64,000 nt of DNA from NCBI RefSeq assembly GCF_009914755.1, contig NC_060944.1; one strand, written 5' to 3'. Under the pieces are notes generated by a model, which had not been told where the DNA came from, did no database searches, and was given only the letters and a program-made list of their open reading frames with translations. This DNA comes from the human T2T-CHM13v2.0 reference genome, Homo sapiens. Below are positions 13,946-28,751 of the stretch, piece by piece (position 1 is the stretch's first letter; each line of letters starts with the position of its first letter). The position numbers and the translations under genes are program-made.

Positions 13946-14529
13946 TGCAAAAACGACTAAATAATATAGTGCAAGAGTGAAAGGGTACAACTTTTGTATA
14001 AGACTATTTCCTTTGACCAGAGTACTTTCTCCTCTTTCCCTAAGCTATCTCTCATTCCTTCTCAAAACTCAGTTTAAATGCCATTTCCTTCATGGCCCAT
14101 GCAGAGTTAGTTACTCTCTCCTTTTGGCTCCCTTAGTATTTTGCTCATGTCTCGTTGTGTTGGGCATTTGTCGGTTTCTCTTTGGGAGGATCTCAAAATG
14201 CAAAAATCATATCTTAGTCATGTCTTTGAATGACTTCCAGTGTCTGGCAGGTAGTGTGCTCAGAAATATAGCCATGGCTTAGAACAAACACTCAAAAACG
14301 GAATCAGTGAATTCTAACTCTGGGCTCCACAACTCAACAGGGAAATTAAAAAAATTTGAAGTACATTTTAAGAACAGCTGATGACTTAAAAGGCCTTGGG
14401 TGGCGTTGAAGATGCATGGCAACAGAAAAAATGTTAGTCTAGAAAAGGGAAATGATTTCCAAAGAAAAATACTGAGATCACTGAAATTTTAAAAATACTT
14501 CTATAAACTTCAACAATAGAAATATCTGC

Positions 14530-14675
14530 TCTGTACTTCATCTGTGAAATGGGGGATAATAGTCCTGATGAGTATTTAAGGTTGATGTAAGGAGTGAATG
14601 AAATAAAAAATATACATAGTGCTCAGACCAATGCCTGGAACACAGTTAGTGTTCAATAAGGAGTAGCTATCATAA
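14530..14675 (+). mobile_element. MIR SINE
   Basis: Core 'catctgtgaaatgggggataatagt...gttgatgtaagga...atgcctggaacacag'. Confidence 0.75.
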
Positions 14676-15021
14676 TAAACCTTTAAACAATGTCTGCCAC
14701 TTATTGACTGACCACTTGTGCAGGAACTGTATTCAGTGATAATATGGATGTCAAATGATGGGTGTTTCTTTATGAAAGTAATTCAGCATGAAGCAAGAAA
14801 GGAGGAGTAGCCTTTCCTGAAACATCAACAAGGTTGAATGTCATTTCCAGGATCTCTTTCCTATCATTTTTCAATGTCACTTTTCAATGGCTAGCATCTT
14901 CACAATGCAAGATTGGAAGGAAGAGCAGGGAAAATGGAGATTTGCTGATTCTACAATTTGGTGAACAGGTGTGGAAAGCTTGGTACATGCTCAGCTGTCA
15001 CTTAGAAGAGTAGAGAAATCA

Positions 15022-15505
<484 letters not shown>

Positions 15506-16272
15506 TTTTATCACCAATTAGCCTTCCAATGAGAGTTACTCTGAATAGAGAAATGGCAGAGACCCAGCTTAACTACCTTGGAGATGCTGATAAAGGATCC
15601 AGCACATATGTCTCAGGGGCAGCCTCTCATGCAATCTCTACAACTAACCATCAACGTTTCTTGGAGAATCCATCATCAACTGAAATTGCTTTGTTTGATA
15701 GCTTAGGCAGCCAGTTCAAGGGCAGACTGCCCAGACAGACCTCTGTGCTAGCTGCCAGGTAATTAATTTACCTCCAAAAATGAAAATAAGGCTCATTGTT
15801 CTCACTGCTTCTTTTCTTCTTTCTTTTTTTTTTTTCTTAAAATAAATCCTGTTTTTACCTTTCTTCATTGACGACAGCCTAATGACAATCTCCTTTATAT
15901 ACAAGTAAATTTTTTGGCATGCAGATAAGTAACTGTACATCTCTGTGTCATTCTTTGACATATGACATCACGGAGATTCACTGTCATCTTATATGCAGTC
16001 TTTTAGCTGATCAGTGAATGATCTGTTTTGTTTTTTTGGATACAAATTTTATTTTTGGAGCCTAGCTTTATAACAAAGAAATGAAAAAGTTGCCTTGTTG
16101 AAATAGGATGGCTCATTGTACAAGTGGTCCCTGGAGACTCTTTGACTTGAATACACAGATATGAAAATACATGGAGATGTGTTGGCTAAAGATACAATTA
16201 AATGTTTTAATGAGTGCTGTTCAGTTAATATGTAACGGAAGGAATGTTAATTATTTTCTGAGATCTCTAGGG

Positions 16273-16504
16273 CATCTGAGATCTCTGAGATTCTCAACTG
16301 GGGGACAGTTTTGCCCTCCAAGCGGCTTTTGGTAATGGTTTGGAGATATTTTTGGTTGTCACAATGGGTTGGGGCAGTTGAGTGCTACTGTTATCTAGTG
16401 GGTAGACACCAGGGATGCAGGTAAACACCCTACAATGCACATCTACTCACGACAAAGAATTATCTGACCCAAAATTTTAGCAGTGTCAAGGTTGAGAAAC
16501 CCTG
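16273..16504 (+). mobile_element. MER20 hAT-Charlie element
   Basis: 'ttctcaactggggg...ttttgccc...ggagatatttttggttgtcacaa...caaagaattatctg...ggttgagaaaccctg'; 8-bp CTCTAGGG at 16265-16272 and 16505-16512 is a probable TSD. Confidence 0.9.
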
Positions 16505-18574
16505 CTCTAGGGCTACAAGTCCTGTTGATAGTCACCCTAGATTGCATTAATTAGTTTAAATGTACTTTTTATTATTCTTTGATGTATTATAGTCTTCTAC
16601 ACTTCTCTAAGCCAGTATGAAACATAAGGTCCAGCATATATTATTATTCAAATGTTTCTTGCTTGAATAAATACATGATTGTCAGTGAACATCTGTTGAA
16701 TGAACAAAGGGGTTACATTTAACAGCTAATTGCAGTGTTTATGCTACTTAAACATGGTGGCTTTTTAGGTGTTCTTGTCTCAGTTTTTGAGAGCTTTGCT
16801 CCTTCTTCACTGGGATTTAGACATGTAGTTATAAGGAGTTAAATTCTACAGAGGTGTGCAAAGATGATAAGCTACAGGCAGCAGGGCGGTAATTAATATT
16901 TCTCTGCTTGGATACTGAGATTTCCACACCTGCTGGATAACAGTGAATTCATAAGGGATTATATACTTAATGGTAACATTTATATATAACAAACACTTAT
17001 TTAAAAAACTCATATGAATTAACTAATCTCTAGAACGTTCCTATATGGGATCCTCTATCAGTCTTTGTATTTATAAGCATTTATTGAACACCTTTTGTAT
17101 ACCAAGAACCAGTTATTTCCCAAAACTTTGGTGAGACCAACAGACTTTATATCATTAGCTAGTGAGTTTTTCTAAAAGTGTTGGCTTACTTATAACCAGT
17201 GAGTTGTATCTCTTTTGTGGCATTGGCCAGATTTTATAAACTGTAGCTTCTTGTTTATTTATAATGGACTTAGATCCTTGGATGAGATGTATTACATATG
17301 TGTGAAGGATTAGAGGGCACTTTTTAATAACAACAGGAATAATACTGCTTTGTGCTGCTAAACTGTAGATCTTTTCTTCTAAAGATTTAAAGCCCATTAT
17401 AGACATAATTTGATTGTTGCTGTATTGCAACAGTGTTTTTCCTTCTCTCCTCATCCAGGCAGATTTTTTTCTTGATTAAAGATGGCATGAATACTTTCTC
17501 ATGTTATGACCTATTTGATAAACAGCTCAGGATGTTACAAAAGCAAAGCAGGAGATGTCTTAAATAATTAGTGGCAGAAAGCTTGCTGCTGCTCGGGTGT
17601 TAATCTTGCCAGAAAGCTCAGATATTTGTGGGTTGCACTGTAAATTTCTGTACAGATGTGTGTGAGGTTGAGTTTCAGCCATACGCCTGTAACAGCATCA
17701 GGAAACATTTTGTCATGCTACTTCCTTGGGTGATCTTCTATGACCAAAAGAAAAAAAAAGTCATATTTCTGTCTTGTGAAATTGAGCTCGAATTCTGGGT
17801 AGTTTAGTAGTAATCAGTATATGCCTGAATCACAGCTGCGCGGGATGGTTTGTATTATATACCAATGGCAACTACTGCTTTAAATATGGAAATTAAATAC
17901 TTTAGGTTCAGGCTGATTCCAATCTGCGGGTAGGAAACGTCTGATCTATCCCAAGATAAGTTTAAAAGTGTGTGGAGTTTTCTCTGGGGCTACAAATCCT
18001 GTTCACATTCATATGTATTTCTTTTGAGACAGTCCCTTGAGGTCTCTTGGCAGCCACCTTCTTGAACGTGGGAAGAGATTGGGATCCCTAGGAATGCAAA
18101 AAAGGAGAAATCAAAATGTCCTCAGAAAATTCCAGGGTGTGGTTGGTCCAGAGACCCAATCCAACAGTTCCAAGACTCAAAAGATGAGTATCAAACTATA
18201 CTTGGCTTCCCTCTCTTCAGGCATGAGACATCCACATTTACCCAGAATCAGTTCCTAATTTGGAAGCTTCTTGTGTTCCCAGCATTCTCAGATCTTGTAC
18301 CAAATTTTTTGTAAACTCTCCTAATAATGAGTAGTTATGTATAGCATTATAGTTGTGGTCTTGATGCTTCTATTATCAGTTGATCATTCTGGCTCTGTTT
18401 CTTTGTGGCTCTGTGGCCATGAAACAACACTTTAATAGGTACAAGATGACTGGTGAAACTCACCTAGTAAGCTCTGGGCTTTCCTTAATGTGTATAATTA
18501 GTGTATATTATAGCTCACTTAAAAATGTGTTAACGGGTGAAATTAACATGATACCTCAGAAGTTGTTGATTATT

Positions 18575-18863
18575 TATTTATTTTTTTGAGACAGGGTCTC
18601 ACTCTGTCATCCAGGCTGCAGTGCAGTGGTGTGATCATGGCTCACTGCAGCCTTGACCTCCCCAGGCTCAGGTGATCCTCCCAGCCTCTTGAGTAGCTGG
18701 TTCCACAGGCATGCGCCACCACATGTGGCTAATTTTTGTATTTTTTGTAGAGACAGGGTCTCATCATGTTGCCCAGGAGGGTCTTGAACTCCTGGGCTCA
18801 AGCAATCCACCTGCCTTGGCCTCCTAAGGTGCTGGGATTACAAACATGAGCCATTGTGCCTGG
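18575..18863 (-). mobile_element. AluJ
   Basis: Full antisense Alu with J features; imperfect AGAAGTT.T..ATTATT flanks. Confidence 0.92.
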
Positions 18864-18903
18864 AAAGAAGTTATCTATTATTATCTTGCTAGACAATCTG
18901 TCT

Positions 18904-19382
18904 GTGACCTCCTAAATACCTAACAGAATATGCTGAGCCCTGCCCTTACCCCTCCATCTATTTTGGAGGTCACCTGTAATGTTGGTGGATGCTTTCAGTC
19001 ACACCAACAGCTTCCCACCTCAGGCATTTGTGTCCCTCTGTCTGAGGGCTTTCATTGGTCTGAGGGCTCTCTCAGCCTGGCTCGGGGCAGGTCACAAGTG
19101 CTGGGGAATCAGCGCTTTCCCAATTGACCCTCAACTATTGAGGGATGAGAGTTGGTGGGTGTGTACCAGGCTTCCTCATCCCTGGGTCAGTTCTGTATTC
19201 TACATAGTATCCGAGAGGGTCCCAGTGGGATTGAGCCCCTATGCCCACAGGGATGTGCTGCTCACCAACATTCCCTTTCCTTATTCCTTCTCTGACCTGT
19301 TCCACTGCTCCCTTGTGCTTCCTGTTTTCACCTCCCAATTCTTGTCTCAGGATCTGTTGCTGGGGTAACTCAAACCAAGGCA
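18904..19382 (+). mobile_element. LTR16-family (ERVL) solo LTR
   Basis: 'cagcttcccacctcag', 'gagggtcccagtgggattgagccc', 3' end 'cttgtctcaggatctg...tgggg.aactcaaaccaaggca'. Confidence 0.7.
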
Positions 19383-19809
19383 ACATCTCCTATGATAGCC
19401 CACCAGGCCGCCTCCCCCGCTTTGCATCTTGCATTCAGTGAATTACTAAGCGCTTTGGCTCTGCTTCCTAAATAACCCTCCAATTATCTTCCTCTCTATT
19501 TCTAGAGCTTAGTTCATATCTTTACTATCTCCCTTAGTTGATTACAATGGCATTCCAATGGGTCTCTGCATTTCAGCCTGTTTTCCCATGATGGGTCTTC
19601 CATGATGCTGCTGGAGATTCCTTTCCAAAAGGCAAACCATATCCTGTTACTTCCCAGCTTCAAACCTTTCATGGCTCAGGTCTTTCATCATCTGGCCCTT
19701 TTCTACCCATCCTGTGCCTTTCCTGAGCACCGCACTGCTGTGTGCCTTCCAAGACTGTAGCATGTGGGGTTTAGATGCTGCTTTTGCCCACCCGTGAACT
19801 TCAGCACAA

Positions 19810-19954
19810 TTCTTTTTTCTTTTCTTTTTTCTTTTCTTTTCTTCTTTCCTTCTTTCTTTCTTTCTTTCTCTTTCTTTCTTTTTCTTTCTTTCTCTCTTTC
19901 TTGCTTTCTCTTTCTTTCTGTCTTCTTTTCCTTTCTTTCTTTTTCTTTCTTTCT
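19810..19954. repeat. (TTTC)n low-complexity tract
   Basis: Seen directly; lies at the 3' side of the antisense L1MA. Confidence 0.95.
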
Positions 19955-19957
19955 CAA

Positions 19958-20777
19958 CTGTACAGTACATTGTTATTAACTATAGTTACCATGTTGTATA
20001 GTAGATCTCTTGAATTTATTCGAACTGAATTTATTCTGTCTAACTGAAATTTTGTATCCTTTGGCATCTCCTCCATTGCCCCTACTTCCTAGGCCCCAGT
20101 AAGCATCCTTCTACTCTCTGATTCCAAGAGTTTGACACTTTTAGATTTCACATATTAGGGGGATGATGCGATATTTGGCTTTCTGTGCTTACCTTAATTC
20201 ACTTAATGTCCTCCAGGTTCATCTATATTGTTGTAAATGACAGGATTTCCTTCTTTTTTAAGGCAGAATACTAGTCCATTGTGTATATATACCACATTTT
20301 TCTTTGTTCATCCATCAATGGACACAGGTTAACTCCATATTTAGGCTATTGTCAAAAGAGCTGCAGTAAACATGGGAGTGCAGATATCTCTTCAACATGC
20401 TGATTTCATTTCCTTTGGATATATACCCAGAATTGGGATTGCTGGATTGCATGGTAGTTCTATTTTTATTTTTTGAGGAATCTCTATACTACTTTCCATA
20501 ATGGCTACACTAATCTACATTTCTACCAGCAGTGTACAAGGGTTCCCTTTTCTCTGCATTCTTGCCAACACTTGTTATCTTTTGTCTTTTTGATAATAGC
20601 CATTCTAACAGGTGACATCCCGTTGTGGTTTTGATGTGCATTTCCACGATAATTAGTGAAGTTTAACATTTTTTCATATAGCTGTTGGCCATTTAGAAGT
20701 CTTCCTTTGAGAAGTGTCTACTCAGGTTCTTTGTCCATTTTAAAATTGGGTGGTTTTCTTGCTACTGAGTTTTTGAG
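19958..20777 (-). mobile_element. L1MA-family 3' fragment
   Basis: 'ttattaactatagttaccatgttgtatagtagatctcttgaatttatt', 'gggagtgcagatatctcttcaacatgctgatttc', ORF2 end; possible TSD CAGCA(C/T)AATT at about 19802 and 20778. Confidence 0.88.
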
Positions 20778-22587
20778 CAGCATAATTTTAGAGACGACAT
20801 AAACTTCACCTTATATCTGGAACTATTTTTTGCTGACCATACCCTAGCAGTGGCTTCCTCAGTCCCACTGCCCCTAGCCATGTGCTCATATTCTTATTGG
20901 CCCTGTACATATCTCCATGTATGGCTTTATTCTTATGTATCAGTGTGTGAATATGTAGGCCTTTATCGCTCAACTCTGAGTTCCTTGAGAGCAGTAACCA
21001 CATGTGATTCCCAGCTCCTGGCTCAGTACCAGGCCTGAAATCAATACTTGATCCTTGAAGAACAGTTGGACATTGCATTGTGCTTCAGAAGTTTGCTCTG
21101 GAAAATATGGTAGCACTAAGGGTTGGGAGGAGGCTCTCTATTCTGCTAACACATAGATTGGCTTAATGAAGAGAGACAAATTAATGATGATGGTTGCATG
21201 ACCCAGAGGTTTAGTGGCAGAAAGTGATTAAAATCCTCACTAAATATTTTATATCTTACTCCAGTGCTTACTTGTTAGACCTACCTATTCTGTCATGTTT
21301 AATTTCTTTTGCTTATACTTCTAAGCCCTTGCTGAACAGGTAGGAGGGAATAGAGGTAAATTTGCAGAAAACTCCAGTTCTCTGGGGGTATAGTTTGCTT
21401 CCGCACCAGATTTGTTTTGTTAAGACCCAGAGAGTCACTGAGGTCAAGTGAAATAAAAATTATAAAATAAAAAATGTTCAGTCCTTTACAATCTTGGTTT
21501 CAATTTCTATTGGCTAGTTGCACCTCTATGGGAAACAACATATGGACTAGCTAAAATGCCCAGCTCTGTTCCTTCCAAGGGAGGACTTGTGGGGAGGACT
21601 CTGTTTTCTTAGTGCTATGACTTGGTTATGGGCTTTGGCTCCTTTCCCTATGGAAAGTTCTTTATTCTGGAAACCAGATTCCAATCTCCTGTCCCAGGGA
21701 AGGGGTGGGGCAGGCATTCATCATAGTTTATACATGGTCTACAATGGGGAGTCAATTCTAGCTCTGTGATGCTACTCTCCATAACTTCAGTATCATCCCA
21801 TATAATTTCCTAGTGTCAGGGCGATCTGGTGTAACAGAGAAAGTGTGGCACTTTGTGGAGGTCCCCATGGAAACTCCATGGATGTGTATAAGGGCTAAGG
21901 GGCAGAGTCACCATGCAGGGTTGAGATCAACTGTGTTCATCAGAGCTACCTCCTAGCTGCATTGAAACATAGTCACACTTGTGGTGGTGGCTGGGACATG
22001 TCTCCTGGCAGGATGGGAAGTGAGTTGTTCCCAGCCTTACAAGGGGCTGGGAAATTCTTTTTAATTGAGTAGAGCCCTGAGGACTTTGTGATGAGATATA
22101 GGCGTACCCTGCAATACAAATAAAGCCACAGGTGTGGGTCTACCCCGAGGAATGGAGACAGGAGACACTGGCCAAGATGAGGCAGAGAGGAGGCAGGGAA
22201 GCCACTGCCCATATGTAATGTGCAGGGGTCCAGTTCCCACACACACTGAGAGGCCTTGTTTCCTGCCTGAGTTCCCAGCAAAGCAGCCCTCTCTGACCCG
22301 GCCTGGGGTTTCGCCCTCTTGGTATTGGTTTCCTCACTCTTTCCATGGGGAGCCCGTGTACTGTGTCCTCTCATGTTCTTTCTCACCTTGCTCAGGCCCA
22401 TCCGAGCTTGGAAAGTGGTGAGTTGCAACCTCTGCATTCCATCTCTGCTCTCAAATGAGGTCTATTTATTAAAAACAAAAGGCAGAAATAAAATTATTCC
22501 ATCAACGATTACAACACTCCTGATTATTTTGCTTCATTTTGAGACATATTGAAGGATCAGATAATTCCATTTTGACAAAAATAATTG

Positions 22588-22790
22588 TAATAGCTTATAT
22601 TTAAAAAATATTTTTTATGTGGCTCAGTCCTATGTGAAGCACTTTGTTTTTATCATTTTGTTTAATCCTCGTGACACTTCTCTAAGGAAGGTATTAGCAT
22701 TAATTCCATTTTATAGACAAGGAAGCATAGGAACAGAGAAAGTCAACAAATTGCCCAAGGTCACACTGTCAGTGGAAAAGCTGGGCTGGC
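22588..22790 (-). mobile_element. MIR SINE
   Basis: 'tttaatcctc...ccattttatagacaaggaa...ttgcccaaggtcacac'. Confidence 0.8.
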
Positions 22791-23031
22791 AGCTCCCCAG
22801 AAGTGTTAAAAATACTTCCTATCATTCACTCCTTGCTTAAATGAACATAAAGAATGTAGATGCAAAAGAAAAAGAAAAAACCCCGAATCAAATATAAAAG
22901 AGAGACTCAAAATTAAAAACAATAACGTGGATACAGACATTTTGTAGCATCGGGAGACACACAGTGATGCAGCAGCACTGCTGAGAGGGCACGCTTTCCT
23001 TCTTGCAAAGGACAGTGGACAAAGGTGTCCA

Positions 23032-24020
23032 TATTTATTTATTTATTTTAAAGAGACAGGGTCTCACCTTGTTGCCAAGGCTGGGGCACAGTTGCAAGAT
23101 CAGAGCTCACTGCAGCCTCGAACTCCTGGGATCAAGAAATCCTCCCACTTCAGCCTCCTGAGCAGATAGGATATCAGGTTGGCACCATCACACTCAGCTA
23201 ATTTTTTTTTTTTTAAATTATACTTTAAGTTTCAGGATATATGTGCAGAACGTGCAGGTTTGTTACATAGGTATACATGTGCCATGGTGGTTTGCTGTAC
23301 CCATCAACCTGTCATCTACATTAGGTATTTGTCCTAATGCTCTCCCTCCCCTAGTCCACCATCTCCCCAAACTGGCCCCGGTGTGTGATGTTCCCCTCCC
23401 TGTGTCCATGTGTTCTCATTGTTCAACTCCCACTTATGTGTGAGAACATGTGGTGTTTGGTTTTCTGTTCCTGTGTTTGCTGAGTATGATGGTTTCCAGC
23501 TTCATCCATGTCCCTGCAAAGGACATGAACTCATCCTTTTTTATGGCTGCATAGTATTCCACGGTGTATATATGCCATATTTTCTTTATCCAGTATATCA
23601 TTGAGGGGCATTTGGGTTGGTTCCAAATCTTTGCTATTGTGAACAGTGCTGCAGTAAACATACGTGTGCATGTGTCTTTATAGTAGAATGATTTATAATC
23701 CTTTGGGTATATACCCAGTAATGGGATTGCCAGGTCAAATGGTATTTCTGGATCTAGATCCTTGAGGAATTGGCACATTGTCTTCCACAATGGTTGAACT
23801 AACTTACACCCCCATCAACAGTGTAAAAGCATTCTTATGTCTCTACATCCTCTCCAGCATCTGTTGTTTCCTGACTTTTTAGTTGTTTTTAGTTTAACTT
23901 TAGAGACAGGGTCTTGCTATGTTGCCCGGGCTGGTCTTGAGCTCCTGACCTCAAGCAATCCTCCTGCCTTGGCCTCCAAAAGTGCTGGGATTACAGGCAT
24001 GAGCCACTGTGCACAACCTG
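23032..24020 (-). mobile_element. AluJ split at its central A-rich linker by an L1PA (right arm 23032-23203, left arm about 23882-24020)
   Basis: Right arm ends at 'cagctaatt'; left arm resumes 'tagagacagggtcttgctatgttgccc...gagccactgtgc'. Confidence 0.88.
23204..23881 (-). mobile_element. L1PA7/PA8-like 5'-truncated LINE-1
   Basis: 'ttatactttaagtttcagg...gtgcagaacgtgcaggtttgttacatagg...ccatcaacctgtcatctacattagg'; ORF 23434-23790 is the ORF2 C-terminus ([31 protein letters not shown]). Confidence 0.92.
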
Positions 24021-24502
24021 CTTCTTTAGACTTTACTGCCCGTGAAGGATGCAGAGCCTGTGGTTTTCCCTGTAGGAAGCATCTGCATTTTAACAGAGGC
24101 AAATGCTTTAATCTAGCGGTGGGAGTTCTGGTCGATGACCTGCTGGAGAAATCCATGTCAGCTGTCAGCTCCTGGAGGCCATAGCTTCTTTGCAGTTGTT
24201 GGGTACTGTGCTTAGAGTAGAACTGTGAGCAATCAGGGGCTATTCAGTGATTAAATGTATTTGGGTCAGAGAGGTTTTCTGTCTGGCAGTCTATCAACTC
24301 CATTGCATGGACACTTGCTTCCCCTGCTTGTTTCAAACAGATACCTCCTTTCCTGTTGCCACACCTGCCCTGTCACCAGCCCTGCCAGCCTACTTCTTTA
24401 ATTACTCTCCAAGCGGGACCCCCCTCCACGTCTCGTGTCTCTACCAGAGCCTTCATCACCTTTCATAGAGACCCTAGCTAGTCCTCCCACCTCCAAGCTA
24501 GC

Positions 24503-24688
24503 CCAAAGGTTTTCAAACTCTAGCATGATTCGGAGTCACCCGGAGGATTTGTTAATACAGATTGCTGGGCCACGCCCCCAGAGTTTCTGACTTATTAGGT
24601 CCCAGGTGGGACAAGAATTTGCATTTCCAGCAAACTTCCAAGTGATGCTGATGCTGCTGTTCCAGGGCCCACACACTAAAGATCGCTG
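24503..24688. mobile_element. MER5A inserted in an L2 relic (about 24380-24930)
   Basis: 'tcacccggaggatttgttaatacagattgctgggccacgcccccagagtttctga...gaatttgcattt...gtgatgctgatgctgctg'. Confidence 0.85.
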
Positions 24689-24949
24689 GTGTAGCCTAAT
24701 GATCTTCCTAAAACACAAATCTAACCTTGACATTCTCCTCCTAAAACCTGCCAATAGCTTATCTGAGTCTTTCGGATGAAGTCTGGACTCCTCAGGGCCC
24801 CACTCAAGGACCTTCACAGTCGGCTCCCTGTGTACAGCCCCAGCTCCATCACTGAGGTCTTTGCTTGGCCCACAGTGCCTGCAGTTCTCCCAGTGGACCA
24901 GGCTTTGCCTCACCTCTGGGAGTCCTGCCTGCTGCATTCTTCTCTCCTT

Positions 24950-25310
24950 TCCTTGCGGGCTGTCTTTCCCAGGCTCTTGTGCAGCTGGTTTCAAGCTGGG
25001 TTGAACCAATGGAAGGTACTGGTAGGATATGGGAAGGCAGTAGGAGGGAGAAAGCAGGTATAATTATTTCTTCTCTCTGCTTTGAGTAGCATCTGTAGTA
25101 GTGGCTGTGTTTCCTGTATAGCTTCAGCTTCCATCACACAGACCTGCTATGTTTTCAGGTTCCACAAGATCACCCCAGCCATGGGCACTGGAAACACCAC
25201 CTCCTCTCGAGGTCCCTGCTGTCCTAGGGGTAGAAGTAGCTTTCTGCTGTTCTCAGTGCCTGGGTGTTCCTCTGGCCCTGTTTGGCTTCTTAACTCATTT
25301 GTAATCAATA
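24950..25310 (+). mobile_element. LTR33-like (ERVL) LTR fragment
   Basis: 'tttcccaggctcttgtgcagctggtt...gggttgaaccaatggaaggtactgg', 'ctaggggtagaagtagctttctgctgtt'. Confidence 0.55.
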
Positions 25311-25354
25311 TCATACACACAATTCGTCTCTGGGGTAAATACATAAAGGTTAAA

Positions 25355-25559
25355 CTGCTGATGTCCAATAGAACTCTCCATCATGATGGCCATTTTCTGT
25401 ATCTGAGGTGTCCAAAACAGTACCCACTGGCTACATGTGACCATTGAGCACTTGAAATGTGGCTAGTGCCGCTGAGAACCTGAATTTTAACTTTCATTTA
25501 AATCAAATAAAATTTAAATAGCCACATGGGGCTAGTGCCTACTATATAGGATAGTGCAG
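25355..25559. mobile_element. MER3 hAT-Charlie element
   Basis: 'tgtccaatagaactctccatcatgatgg...ccactggctacatgtg...ttgagcacttgaaatgtggctag...aatagccacatggggctagtg'. Confidence 0.85.
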
Positions 25560-25983
25560 GCTTAGTCTCTGCCTAATATACAGCCTCTGAAATTTAGGAA
25601 TAGATTCTGAAATTGGCATCAAAATGATAGAGAGGTATTCTGTGCTCTGTGCCGTCCAGCACAGTCTTGCTATCTGCATATAATTAATGACTTTCAAAAC
25701 TTTTAAATCATTTTATAAAATATAGATCTACAAGGGCTGAGATTACAGAAAGGAAGAAAGATTAACAAGAATTATTGTTAGGTAAATTAAAGCAAGTTAT
25801 AGAACAATACGTATCGTACCATTTGATTTGGTGAAAATGAAACTAAGTAAAACTGTGAGTCCTCATGTGAAAATGTCTTAAGGGATACACAAAACACTGT
25901 TAATGGTGGGAATTAGAAGAGGAGGGAGGAGGAAAAGAACTATTTTTCACTTAATACATTTTATATTTCTCTGTGTTGTCTGG

Positions 25984-26009
25984 ACACACACACACACACA
26001 CACACACAT
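25984..26009. repeat. (AC)n microsatellite
   Basis: Seen directly, about 13 units. Confidence 0.95.
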
Positions 26010-26398
26010 AAACACAAACACACACGTGGAGGTATATTTTTCCATAAGCACATATCACTTCTACTGTTGTATATCTTTCTCTATCAATTCTTTAAAACCT
26101 ATATGTCTTTATATTTAAAGTGGGCTTCTTGTAGCAACATATAATTGGGTCTTGTTTTTTTATCTTCTCTGACCATCACTGTCTTTCAATTATTGCATTT
26201 AGACCATTGATGTTCAAAGTGATTATTGATATAGTTAGATTAGATTCACATCTACTACATTCGTTACTGTTTTCTATCTGTTGCCCTTGTTCTTTGTTCC
26301 TATTTTTGTTTTCCACTCTTTTTCTTCCTTTTGTGGTTTTATTGAGCGTTTTATATGATTCTATTTTCTCTCCTTTCTTAGCACATCAGTTATACTGC

Positions 26399-26714
<316 letters not shown>

Positions 26715-26930
26715 CTATACTGGTTGTTTAAAAAAAACATTTTTTAGTGGTTGACCTAGAGTTTGTAATACACATTTACAGCTAATCCAAGGCCCCTTTC
26801 AAATGACACCATGCCACTTCACAGGTAGTGTGAGTACCTTATAAGAACAAAATATCCTCAATCCATCCCTCTAGTCCCTTGTATCACTGCCATCATTCAT
26901 TTCAGTTACACCTAAGCATATATAAATATA

Positions 26931-27649
<719 letters not shown>

Positions 27650-28281
27650 TATGTGTGTATATACACATATACCCATACACATATACATTCATAAAATACT
27701 ATATATTGCTATTATCTTTACCAAGTATTATCTGTTAGATCAATTAAAATTAAGAAAAATTTTTCTTTTACCTTTACTTATTCCTTCTCCAATGCTCCTC
27801 TTTATGTAGTTCTGTGTTTTTGGCCTATATTGTTTTCCTTCTCTCAAGAGAATTTCTTTTAGTATTTCCTGCAAGGCAGGTCGACTGGCAACAAATTCCT
27901 TTAATTTCTGTTTGTCTGAGAAAATCTTTTATTTCTCCTTTGCTTTTGAAGTATACCTTTACAGGGTACAGAATTCTAGGTTGGAAATATTTTTCTCTCA
28001 ACACTTTAAATATTTCACTTTACTCATCTTGCTTGCATGGTTTCTGAAGAGAAGCTGGAAATTGTTATTTGTGCTCCTCTGTAGGTAAGGTTTCTTTTCC
28101 CTCTGGCTTCTTTCAGCATATTTTTAAAAAATCTTCAATTTTCTCTACTTGAATATAGTATGCCTAGATGTAGTTTTTATTGTTTACATATTTATTTATT
28201 TATTTGGTATTTATCTTGCTTGGTGTTCTGAGCTGCCCCTCTGGGTTTTGGTATCTGACATTAATTTATGGAATTACATAC

Positions 28282-28693
28282 TGATATGGTTTGGATCCGT
28301 GTCTCCACCCAAATCTCATGTCAAATCGTAATCCCCAATGTTGGAGGTGGGGCCTGGTGGGAGGTGATTGGGTCATGAGGGTGTTTTTCATGAATGGTTT
28401 ACTGTCATCCCTTTGGTGCTGTCCTCACAATAGTGAGTGAGTTCTTGCAAGACCTGCTTGTTTAAAAGTGTGTAGCATTCCCCTGCCTCTTGCTCCTGCC
28501 CCCATCATGCCGATGCCTTGCTCCCCCCTTTGCCTTCCACCATGATTGTAAGCTTCCTGAGGTCTCCCCAGAAGCAGAAGCTGCTATGCTTCCCATATAG
28601 CCTATGGAACCATAAGCCAATTCAAGCTCTTTTCTTTATAAATTACCCTGTCTGAGGTATTTCCTTATAGCAGTGTGAGAATGGATTAATACA
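28282..28693 (+). mobile_element. MSTA (ERVL-MaLR) solo LTR
   Basis: TG...CA termini; 'tgatatggtttgg...cccaaatctcatg...ttggaggtggggcctggtgggaggtgattg...taataca'; flanks CATAC/TATAC. Confidence 0.9.
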
Positions 28694-28751
28694 TATACCT
28701 TTGACTTTTGTCATTTAGATTCCACTGAACAGGATTTAGTCATTTTCTTGG

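Larger units (their letters stand above)
19420..21055 (+). mobile_element. L2 relic interrupted by L1MA (pieces about 19420-19810 and 20780-21055)
   Basis: L2 motifs 'gattacaat...ggtctc', 'cttcccagcttcaaacctttcatggctc', 3' end 'gttccttgagagcag...cccagctcctggctcagt'. Confidence 0.55.

Noticed and set aside
17430-17460. Strong polypyrimidine tract and CAG acceptor-like motif
   Set aside because: No convincing downstream donor or reading frame; such motifs are common by chance.
21973-22552. Cluster of overlapping ORFs in a GC-richer patch
   Set aside because: No protein similarity or convincing splice structure; higher GC lowers stop frequency. It could be an old LTR or enhancer but I cannot support a call.
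24536-25447. 157-aa and 121-aa ORFs
   Set aside because: They run through MER5A, L2, LTR33-like and MER3 sequence; chance ORFs.
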